A DNA stretch of 53,290 bases, taken from the UHGV virus genome UHGV-0119950; one strand, given 5' to 3'. Under the pieces are notes generated by a model that did no database searches, was not told the DNA's origin, and was given only the letters and a program-made list of their open reading frames with translations. Positions 45,433-53,290 of this stretch are shown here, piece after piece. The DNA comes from a virus. Made by a program: the position numbers and the translations under genes. Position 1 is the stretch's first letter; every line of letters begins with the position of its first letter.

Positions 45433-48146
45433 CCATCAGAATTTATCCTTCCCGGTTACCCGGCGAGCCGCTGGAAACGCATGAACATGGTGCGGTGACT
45501 ATTCATCAGTGGATGGCGCGGAATGTTGAAAATTACCGCGCTGACATGAAGCATCCGATCGCCATTGAAGTGGACGGCGTGAATATCCCGGCTGCTGCAT
45601 GGTTTGATTATGCGATCAGCCCGAAAAGTGATGTGCGCATTTATCCGGTCCCTCATGGCGCCGTTGCGCTGGCGTGGATTGCCGTTGCTGTTTCGGTCGC
45701 ATCTGTTGCTTATGCGCTGTTCTTTGCGCCTGGCGCATCAGATCCCGGTGGTTTCTCTTCGTCGACAGGCGATTCACTGGACGTTAACCCGGCAAAAGCG
45801 AACCGTGCAAAGCTGGGTGATCCAATTCGCGAGTTGTTCGGACGCCGCCGAATTTACCCCGATTACGTAGTGCAACCGGTAACCCGCTTCAGCCCGGACG
45901 ATCCGACAGTGATGACCGTTGAAATGTTCGTTGCTCTGGGATTCGGACAATTTTCATTCGGCGAAGGGGATATGCGCGTCGGCGCCACGCCAGTTTCATC
46001 GCTTGGTGATGGTTTCGCATACACCGTTTTTCAGCCGGGCCAGAATGTGGCTGGTGATCGCCGTAGTGAAAACTGGTTTAACTCTACCGAGGTTGGCGGG
46101 ACGTCATCGGGTGCCGGGCTGGATATGGCCCAGACCGCACCGGATACGGATGATGTGTTAGCGCAGTCACTGACGGTGTCGGGAAGCACAATCACGTTTA
46201 ACGGATTAAGCGCTGATGATGATACTGCAACAAACGAGCTGCCTGATTCGTGGATTGCTGGCGCAACGGTTGAGCTAATCGTACCCGATCAGTTTGTTGT
46301 TACCAATGATGGCGCATACAGCCGCATTACCAGTGACAATCTGGCGGAAATAGCCCCTTACGTCGGAATGCCGGTAACGCTCTGGTACAACAGCGTCGAC
46401 TACAGTCTGTTTATCGCTTCGTATACGCCGCATGCAGACGCGACAGAGGAAGAAGAGGAAGTCACCGCGTCGATAACGCTGGCTTATGAGAGTGAAACCG
46501 GCGCGCCTTTTACGGGTATTCCTGAGGGGTATATCAGGCTTTCCGTTTCTCACGCTGGGTATCAGTACAAAATTTTCGATGTGGACGGCACCAGTGTAAC
46601 TCTTCAACGCTTGATTGATGGTGTTGTCGATAACACATGGCCGGGTTTCGTGGCGCGCACCGTGCTTGATTTTGAGGCATCTGGCGTTAACCAGAACGAC
46701 TCCTGGATGGGCCCGTTTCTGGCATGCCCGGATAATGAAACCATCGACATGTTTGAAGTGAATTTCTTCTTCCCGAATGGCATTTGCGGATACGACAAAA
46801 AAGGGAGAAAACAAAACAGAACGGTTCGCTGGGAAGTTCAGTACCGCGTTTATGGCTCTGGTTCGGGATGGATGAGCAAAACCGGTTCGTATAACACAAA
46901 AAATATTAATGGCCTTGGTTTCACTGAGCGCATCACGCTGAGTTCTCCCGGCCTTGTTGAAGTGCGGTGCCGACGCACTAACGAACAGGGGCAGGATAAC
47001 AGCCGCGATAATATGTACTGGCAATCATTGCGTGGCCGCCTGCTGACCAGACCGTCATCGTACGCTGGCGTAACGACTATGGGGGTCACGGTGGAAACCG
47101 GCGGCAAGCTGGCGGCGCAGTCCGATCGCCGGGTGAACGTGGTAGCCACAAGGATTTACGACACTGGCGCGGCGCGCAGCATATCCGGCGCGCTGTACCA
47201 CGTTGGTAACTCGTTGGGGCTGGATATGGACACCGACGCCATTAATGCGCTGGAAAGCGCGTACTGGACGCCTGACAATGAGTTTTTTGACTTCGAGACG
47301 ACCGATAGTACATCTGCGCTGGAGGTTTTACAGAAGATCGCCAACGCCGGGAAAAGCTATTTTCTGCTGGCAGACGGGCTTGCCTCGGTTGCGCGCGAAG
47401 GCGTTAAGCCCTGGTCGGGGGTTATCAGTCCGCATGAGATGACCGAGGATCTGCAAACCGCGTTTGTGGCTCCTTCTGACGACGACTATGACGGCGTGGA
47501 TGTTACGTATATCAACGGAACGACATGGGCGGAGGAAACGGTACAGTGCCGGACACCGGATAATCCAACGCCCGTAAAAATCGAAGACTATACGCTTGAT
47601 GGCGTGCTAGACCGGGACCGGGCATATCAGATCGGCATGCGGCGGCTGATTAAGTACCTACAGCAACGGCTGACGCATACGACATTAACCGAACTGGACG
47701 CCCTTTGCTATAACGTCGGCGACCGCATAGTGCTGACAGACGATATTCCTGGCAATAAAACCATTTCCTGTCTGGTTGATGAAATGACAACCGAAAATGC
47801 GCTGACAACATTCACGGTAACCGAGCCATTGGATTGGAGTTATGAAAACCCGCGAGTGATCATCCGATTTCAGGACGGGACCGCATCATCTCTTCTTACG
47901 GCAATCAGGGCTGGTGATTATCAGGTGACGGTGCGATACCTGAATGAATTTGCTGAAATCGTCCTCAATGATCCGGCTATTGAGCCACCACGCCTTATTT
48001 TTTGCGACTCTTCGCGCGTTGGCTATAACGCCATTATCTCTGAGATCGCGCCTCAATCTGATGGCACATGCCAGATAACGGCGAAACAGTATAAACCCAG
48101 CTTCTACGATTACGACAATGCCACTTATCCCGGCAACGTCGTATAA
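45429..48146 (+). CDS. tail tip / host specificity protein (gpI-like N-terminus fused to gpJ-like body)
   Basis: 905 aa; N-terminal region with hydrophobic segment as in lambda gpI; large size; followed by terminator and tailspike gene. Confidence 0.65.
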   Translation: MTIRIYPSRLPGEPLETHEHGAVTIHQWMARNVENYRADMKHPIAIEVDGVNIPAAAWFDYAISPKSDVRIYPVPHGAVALAWIAVAVSVASVAYALFFAPGASDPGGFSSSTGDSLDVNPAKANRAKLGDPIRELFGRRRIYPDYVVQPVTRFSPDDPTVMTVEMFVALGFGQFSFGEGDMRVGATPVSSLGDGFAYTVFQPGQNVAGDRRSENWFNSTEVGGTSSGAGLDMAQTAPDTDDVLAQSLTVSGSTITFNGLSADDDTATNELPDSWIAGATVELIVPDQFVVTNDGAYSRITSDNLAEIAPYVGMPVTLWYNSVDYSLFIASYTPHADATEEEEEVTASITLAYESETGAPFTGIPEGYIRLSVSHAGYQYKIFDVDGTSVTLQRLIDGVVDNTWPGFVARTVLDFEASGVNQNDSWMGPFLACPDNETIDMFEVNFFFPNGICGYDKKGRKQNRTVRWEVQYRVYGSGSGWMSKTGSYNTKNINGLGFTERITLSSPGLVEVRCRRTNEQGQDNSRDNMYWQSLRGRLLTRPSSYAGVTTMGVTVETGGKLAAQSDRRVNVVATRIYDTGAARSISGALYHVGNSLGLDMDTDAINALESAYWTPDNEFFDFETTDSTSALEVLQKIANAGKSYFLLADGLASVAREGVKPWSGVISPHEMTEDLQTAFVAPSDDDYDGVDVTYINGTTWAEETVQCRTPDNPTPVKIEDYTLDGVLDRDRAYQIGMRRLIKYLQQRLTHTTLTELDALCYNVGDRIVLTDDIPGNKTISCLVDEMTTENALTTFTVTEPLDWSYENPRVIIRFQDGTASSLLTAIRAGDYQVTVRYLNEFAEIVLNDPAIEPPRLIFCDSSRVGYNAIISEIAPQSDGTCQITAKQYKPSFYDYDNATYPGNVV

Positions 48147-48166
48147 CAACAATCTCTCCAATACAG

Positions 48167-48188
48167 ACCCGCTCCGGCGGGTTTTTTC
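48167..48188 (+). terminator. rho-independent terminator
   Basis: ACCCGC-TCCG-GCGGGT hairpin followed by TTTTTT. Confidence 0.6.
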
Positions 48189-48203
48189 GTTTATGAGGCC
48201 CAT

Positions 48204-50165
48204 ATGACGACTTACAACACCGGCAATCCGCTGGGGTCTGCTGCTGCAAAAGATTTGTACGATAACGCCCAGAACCTTGATCACCTTTCAAATGACCAGG
48301 AAAATGAGCTATGGCCTGATCGTTTTGGTAAAAATCGCCTTACATGGCACGGAATGGAAGAGCGTTATAAAACAGCGCTCGCAAACCTCGGTTTAAATCC
48401 TGTCGGGACATTTCAGGGCGGGGCGGTTATTAATTCCGCCGGTGACATCATCCAGGATGAAACAACAGGCGCATGGTATCGCTGGGATGATCTCACGACC
48501 CTGCCGAAAACCGTTCCATCTGGTTCTACTCCAGATTCATCCGGCGGCACAGGTGTCGGAAAATGGCTGGCCGTAGATGTCAGCGATGTGTTGAGAAAAC
48601 AACTTGCTGAAGAAGGAAGTCAGGTTCTCATTTCTGGTGAAACCGCTGACGATGTGGCTCTTGCTTCAAAAACGGCTAAACTTTTATCACAGTATTCACA
48701 TGTTCGTAGTTATTCTGATGATAGCGAAAAAATACTTAATATCTTTGATAATGAAAATTGCTCTCTCGAAGGTGGAGTGTACTACTTAAATGATTCCTTC
48801 GACTTCATAGGTAATAAAAATATTAGAGTTAATAAAGACACGACAATTAATGTAACCGGAGAAATAGATCAACTATTTAGATTCCTTGGTCATGTGGCAT
48901 GGGATGGGTTAGGTAAGCTTACTATTAATGCAAATCATTTTGACAAGCCTGACAGAACTGAGTCTATTCTTTGCTTTCCAAATTATATCCCAACCCTTAA
49001 TAATATTGATATCCATGGAGCTAACGGGCTTTCTGTTCTGGTCGGAATGCCTAGTTTTGGACCCGGAGCACCTGTTGCACAAGGTATCGGATATATAAAA
49101 AATGTACGTACATTTGATTGTGGAAAGGGGGTGCATGTATATGGTAATGTTAATAAAGATACCACAATTATTACAGAGAATCTTTATACCGATAATTTAA
49201 CTGGTTATCTGAATGGCAATGGAAACGGTGGCGGCGGAAATACTTTTTATCTTTCGTATCATCGCCAGGCTAAAAACATCGGTGGATACTTTGAGCATCA
49301 TCCTGACAGCTATGGATCAAATATCAACAGGAGTCTTTATGGAGCCTACGAGGGTGGATGGTTTCAAGGGGCTGATGGAACTCAGTCGCGGGGCCCAACT
49401 TTTGGTGAGGATCTCGAGTATGGTGCGATATATGGCGGAGGTGTTTCAAGAAATTGTGGCTTTGCTGCAATTTCCGCTGACATCAGAAAATCAGATGGCT
49501 CATATCCGATTTCTAGAGTTTTAATTGACGGGTGGACTGCTATAGAGTGTGGTAGAACTATATATTCTCAGGCGCAAGATCTCAGTTTCGGAAATATTCA
49601 CACAAAGGAATCTAAGTCTGGTGATTTTTTGATAAGGATTAATGGTGCAACTCCTAAATCAGTTAAGCAAACTGGTGTGGTAACAGCGTTTAATGGAACA
49701 TCGTCGACAAAACCTACTCTTATTTGGGCGGATAAGACCACATCTTTGTATCTGATTCCTGAACAGATAGTCTCTGATGATACCGTTAACATTAACGTGC
49801 CTGTAGTAGCTGATAACTCAACATCCACAGGATCGGAAATAAATATAGGAACCCAGTATCCCATTGTTACTCAAGATTATATAATCCCGAACATGCGTAG
49901 AGTAACGGAGGTTGATATGTCTTTAGTTTCATCAGTCATAACACTCAGACTTCCAGCAGCAAATCTAAGCAATATAAAAGGTATGCAGCATAAAATTTAT
50001 GTGAGAGGTGGCAATGGAACAAAAATATTACGAATTACGGTTAATAATGCGGATGGTACAATAAATGGAGCCACCGGATACATTGATTTTACACCACAAG
50101 CAGGATCTGTGCGTGTTATTGATTGCCTGAACAAAGGTTCAGGCAATTACCTTGTAACCACGTAA
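48204..50165 (+). CDS. tailspike / tail fibre protein with AT-rich C-terminal receptor-binding module
   Basis: 653 aa; N-terminal part at backbone GC, C-terminal about 520 aa AT-rich, Asn/Gly/Thr-rich as in beta-helical tailspikes. Confidence 0.65.
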   Translation: MTTYNTGNPLGSAAAKDLYDNAQNLDHLSNDQENELWPDRFGKNRLTWHGMEERYKTALANLGLNPVGTFQGGAVINSAGDIIQDETTGAWYRWDDLTTLPKTVPSGSTPDSSGGTGVGKWLAVDVSDVLRKQLAEEGSQVLISGETADDVALASKTAKLLSQYSHVRSYSDDSEKILNIFDNENCSLEGGVYYLNDSFDFIGNKNIRVNKDTTINVTGEIDQLFRFLGHVAWDGLGKLTINANHFDKPDRTESILCFPNYIPTLNNIDIHGANGLSVLVGMPSFGPGAPVAQGIGYIKNVRTFDCGKGVHVYGNVNKDTTIITENLYTDNLTGYLNGNGNGGGGNTFYLSYHRQAKNIGGYFEHHPDSYGSNINRSLYGAYEGGWFQGADGTQSRGPTFGEDLEYGAIYGGGVSRNCGFAAISADIRKSDGSYPISRVLIDGWTAIECGRTIYSQAQDLSFGNIHTKESKSGDFLIRINGATPKSVKQTGVVTAFNGTSSTKPTLIWADKTTSLYLIPEQIVSDDTVNINVPVVADNSTSTGSEINIGTQYPIVTQDYIIPNMRRVTEVDMSLVSSVITLRLPAANLSNIKGMQHKIYVRGGNGTKILRITVNNADGTINGATGYIDFTPQAGSVRVIDCLNKGSGNYLVTT

Positions 50166-50176
50166 TGCCGATTATT

Positions 50177-51262
50177 TTACGTATTTACGATATTTTTCTT
50201 AACTTTTGCAGCGCGCGGCGCTAAATGCCGCGCCACTTTCCTTGAAGGTTCTTCTACAATGTGGAAAAGTATATGCGAAATGGCGAAACTTACGCCAACA
50301 ATCAACAAAACATTTGAGAATCCAAGTTTAGGATTATAAAATGGCACGGGAAGGTATTTTTTAAGAAGTACAGTTATTACTATTGTATGTACAAGATAAA
50401 GCGAATAAGAAACGTTGCCCATCCAGTCAAGGATTTTATTTAATTTTATCTCTCTTGTTGTTTCGAATATTGAAAGAGAAAGCAAAAGCATAAAAGCATA
50501 AACACCACAATTTAGCAATCCGTGACCGCCATTATATCCAGACATATAGAAGAATATAAATGCAAAAACAGAAATAAAGAGTAACGGCGCTGATATATTT
50601 TTGAAAGAGTGAATTTTTGCATAGTTATAGATCTGATAGATAACCATCCCAGCGACGAACTCAAGTAGCATTGGCGATGCGAACAGTTTTAGCACCCATG
50701 GGGCGCTAGGGTCGTTTAATGTTGAATATCCACTAAGATTAATCTCACCATTATATAGTATTCCCAAAATAGATACTGAAGCAATTATTATTGCAGTGCT
50801 AATATAAAATCTATTCTTCCAGGAAATCGACATCGCAAATGAAAATATGATGTAAAAAATTATCTCATACGTCAGAGTCCAGGCAGTTGATATCACCGAA
50901 TAACCGAACCAAGGGGCTGATTTCTCAAAGTTTAAGTTAATAAAGAAAAGGGCTTTTAGATAATTAATATCTATCGGCTTTGTGAATATTAATGCGCATG
51001 ACACCAGACATATAAAATAAACAGGGTATAATCTAAAAAAACGCTTCACAATAAATGAACGAACAGAGGAGTCCTTTTCTGTTGACAACATGATTACAAA
51101 TCCACTTATCATGAAAAAAAGATCCACTCCTATGTATCCATAGTTAAACAATATGTTACCCAAATTGCTCTGAGCATAAATATTGTTCAATTCTCCACGG
51201 GCATGATATAAGACGACAAGCAAAGCAGCTATTCCACGGAGGTATTGCAAAGAATAAAGCAT
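50177..51262 (-). CDS. acyltransferase family 3 membrane protein (O-antigen acetylase-like)
   Basis: 361 aa, many transmembrane segments; N-terminal LRGIAALLVVLYHA signature; AT-rich; convergent with tailspike. Confidence 0.75.
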   Translation of the reverse strand: MLYSLQYLRGIAALLVVLYHARGELNNIYAQSNLGNILFNYGYIGVDLFFMISGFVIMLSTEKDSSVRSFIVKRFFRLYPVYFICLVSCALIFTKPIDINYLKALFFINLNFEKSAPWFGYSVISTAWTLTYEIIFYIIFSFAMSISWKNRFYISTAIIIASVSILGILYNGEINLSGYSTLNDPSAPWVLKLFASPMLLEFVAGMVIYQIYNYAKIHSFKNISAPLLFISVFAFIFFYMSGYNGGHGLLNCGVYAFMLLLSLSIFETTREIKLNKILDWMGNVSYSLYLVHTIVITVLLKKYLPVPFYNPKLGFSNVLLIVGVSFAISHILFHIVEEPSRKVARHLAPRAAKVKKNIVNT

Positions 51263-51515
51263 TTTATTAGCCTTGGTTGTTTATTTTTTAATAGTAAGAA
51301 ATTTATCAATTCTAGCATTCATCCCGCTTGTGAGCGACAATTTTGTTAACATTATGTCATTGTGATGGGTGCGCATTTAAAAAATCATTACTGGTGGTTG
51401 CCTGCTGCTGACTTCCCACCTGACCAATCACCCATAAAACTAAATTTCACCTCCCGCCAGTCACTTACTGTTTCATTCACTCTTAGGGGCTTGATTGCTG
51501 CCACCGATGCAATAA

Positions 51516-51535
51516 TACTGTATGTATAGACAGTG
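51516..51535. promoter_or_regulatory. LexA box upstream of umuD
   Basis: TACTGTATGTATAGACAGTG, exact CTGT-N8-ACAG, 18 bp upstream of the umuD-like start. Confidence 0.7.
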
Positions 51536-51552
51536 TCATTGAGGTGATTATC

Positions 51553-51972
51553 ATGCAGTTTTTCACGCCTACAGAACCACGCCAGATAGTGTCGCTCCCA
51601 ATGTTTAGTGATCTTGTGCAATGCGGGTTTCCTTCGCCAGCCGCAGATTACGTTGAGTCGCGTATAGACCTTAACGAATTGCTGGTGCGGCACCCAAGCG
51701 CGACGTATTTCGTAAAGTCCACTGGAGATTCTATGCGTGATGCTGGAATCGGCGAGGGCGATTTGTTGGTAGTCGACAGTTCACGAAAAGCAGGGCATGG
51801 AGACATTGTCATTGCAGCGGTCGATGGTGAGTTCACAGTTAAGCGCCTGTTGCTGCATCCGGTTGTCATGCTAAAGCCTGAAAACTCTGTGTATAAACCA
51901 ATCATGATTGGGAGTGAAGACAATCTGGAGGTTTTTGGCGTCGTAACTTACATCGTGAAGTCTGCTGACTGA
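51553..51972 (+). CDS. umuD: UmuD-like protein (S24 peptidase, pol V accessory subunit)
   Basis: [18 protein letters not shown]...[13 protein letters not shown]...[17 protein letters not shown] matches E. coli UmuD as I recall it; RBS GAGGTG. Confidence 0.85.
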   Translation: MQFFTPTEPRQIVSLPMFSDLVQCGFPSPAADYVESRIDLNELLVRHPSATYFVKSTGDSMRDAGIGEGDLLVVDSSRKAGHGDIVIAAVDGEFTVKRLLLHPVVMLKPENSVYKPIMIGSEDNLEVFGVVTYIVKSAD

Positions 51973-51974
51973 GT

Positions 51975-53240
51975 ATGTTTGCGCTCGTGGATGTGAACAG
52001 TTTTTATGCGAGCTGTGAAACGGTATTCAGGCCAGACCTCAAAGGAAGGCCGGTAGTCGTTCTCTCTAACAACGATGGCTGTGTCATTGCGCGTTCGGCA
52101 GCAGCGAAGCCCTTTGTGAAAATGGGGGAGCCCTATTTCAAACAAAAAGAGACTTTTCGCCGTCACGGCATCGTCGCGTTCTCCAGTAACTATGAGCTTT
52201 ACGCTGATATGTCGAACCGCGTAATGACAACGCTGGAAGAAATGAGTCCTCGCGTCGAAATTTACAGCATAGACGAGGCATTTTGCGATCTTACTGGTGT
52301 GAGAAACTGCCGTGACCTTACTGAGTTTGGCCGGGAGATCCGCACTACAGTATTACAGCGTACACATCTCACCGTCGGTGTCGGTATTGCGCAGACAAAA
52401 ACCCTCGCGAAACTGGCTAACTATGCGGCAAAGAAGTGGCAACGACAGACTGGCGGCGTTGTTGATTTATCGAACCTTGATCGTCAGCGTAAACTCATGG
52501 CAGTACTGCCTGTTGATGATGTATGGGGTATCGGGCGACGCATTGGCAAGAAACTTCAGGCGATGGGCATCAAAACTGCTCTTGACCTGGCTGATACAGA
52601 TGGCCGGTTTATCAGGAAGCATTTCAATATTGTGCTCGAAAGAACGGTACGCGAGCTGCGTGGTGAGCCGTGTCTGGAACTGGAAGAGTTTGCACCAGTA
52701 AAGCAGGAGATCGTCTGCTCACGCTCTTTCAGTGGTCGTATCACTGCTTACGAAGAGATACGCCAGGCGATATGCAGCTACGCATCACGCGCAGCGGAAA
52801 AGTTACGGGGCGAGCATCAGTATTGCCGGTTTATCTCCGCGTTCGTGAAGACAAGCCCGTTTGCACTGAACGAACCGTATTACGGCAACAGTGCCTCTGT
52901 GAAGCTTCTGACCCCGACGCAGGACAGCCGGGACATTATCGACGCGGCCACGCGATGCCTGGATGCTGTCTGGAAAGACGGACACAGGTATCAGAAGGCT
53001 GGTGTGATGCTTGGTGACTTCTTCAGCCAGGGCGTGGCGCAACTAAATCTGTTTGATGACAACGCACCGCGCGCTGGTAGCGAAAAACTGATGGAAGTGC
53101 TGGATCATCTCAATGCCAAAGACGGCAGAGGAACACTGTATTTCGCAGGGCAGGGCATACAACAGCAATGGCAGATGAAACGGGAGATGCTCTCACCGCG
53201 ATATACCACTCGATATGAAGACCTTTTATGTGTTAAGTGA
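51975..53240 (+). CDS. umuC: UmuC-like Y-family DNA polymerase (pol V catalytic subunit)
   Basis: 421 aa; MFALVDVNSFYASCETVFRPDL...SIDEAF typical of UmuC; follows umuD by 2 bp. Confidence 0.9.
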   Translation: MFALVDVNSFYASCETVFRPDLKGRPVVVLSNNDGCVIARSAAAKPFVKMGEPYFKQKETFRRHGIVAFSSNYELYADMSNRVMTTLEEMSPRVEIYSIDEAFCDLTGVRNCRDLTEFGREIRTTVLQRTHLTVGVGIAQTKTLAKLANYAAKKWQRQTGGVVDLSNLDRQRKLMAVLPVDDVWGIGRRIGKKLQAMGIKTALDLADTDGRFIRKHFNIVLERTVRELRGEPCLELEEFAPVKQEIVCSRSFSGRITAYEEIRQAICSYASRAAEKLRGEHQYCRFISAFVKTSPFALNEPYYGNSASVKLLTPTQDSRDIIDAATRCLDAVWKDGHRYQKAGVMLGDFFSQGVAQLNLFDDNAPRAGSEKLMEVLDHLNAKDGRGTLYFAGQGIQQQWQMKREMLSPRYTTRYEDLLCVK

Positions 53241-53290
53241 AAAAAGTGTCTGTCGTAAATAGTATCTGCCCGGCATGGCCCATCAATGTG

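Larger units (their letters stand above)
725..51262. mobile_element. lambdoid prophage, integrase through tailspike and acyltransferase; exact att ends not resolved
   Basis: Contiguous phage gene order: int, xis, recombination, immunity, replication, nin-like, Q, lysis, terminase, head, tail, tailspike. Left end abuts phoP start codon. No direct repeats found by eye. Confidence 0.8.

Noticed and set aside
46275-47024. 249-aa minus-strand ORF inside the tail tip gene
   Set aside because: Completely embedded antisense in a long structural gene; no independent support.
51388-51693. 101-aa minus-strand ORF overlapping the umuD promoter and 5' end
   Set aside because: Overlaps the LexA box and umuD start; no RBS; unlikely to be coding.
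1-53290. CRISPR arrays, insertion sequences, rRNA genes
   Set aside because: No regularly spaced direct repeats with unique spacers, no transposase-like ORF with terminal inverted repeats, and no rRNA-like sequence observed.

Overview
This window is almost entirely one complete lambdoid (siphovirus-type) prophage of an Enterobacteriaceae host, inserted immediately upstream of phoP (phoQ-phoP on the minus strand at the left edge). The prophage runs int/xis, RecET-like recombination module, small early-left genes, immunity region (cI-like repressor, cro-like, CII-like), O/P-like replication genes with an iteron origin inside the O-like gene, early genes of unknown function, a large C5-cytosine methyltransferase, a LexA-box dinI-like gene, nin-like region (ybcO-like, rusA), Q82-type antiterminator, lysis cassette (holin, GH19 endolysin, Rz/Rz1), TerS/TerL, portal, head genes, tail genes with a G/GT-type -1 frameshift, tape measure, tail tip, and a mosaic tailspike followed by a convergent O-antigen-type acyltransferase. 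The right edge carries a LexA-box umuDC operon (host flank or phage cargo, not resolved). Accessory inserts that stand out: (1) an AT-rich three-gene cassette plus a small membrane ORF in the repressor operon at the position where lambda carries rexAB, my top candidate for an undescribed lysogen-expressed defence or toxin-antitoxin-like system; (2) an AT-rich two-gene moron between lysis and terminase genes; (3) an acidic protein plus Cro-like HTH pair next to the methyltransferase; (4) two glycosyltransferase genes inside the head-tail structural module; (5) a lipoprotein moron inside the tail module. All calls are from reading the sequence and ORF translations by eye; no database search was run, and family assignments rest on remembered motifs and remembered homolog sequences.
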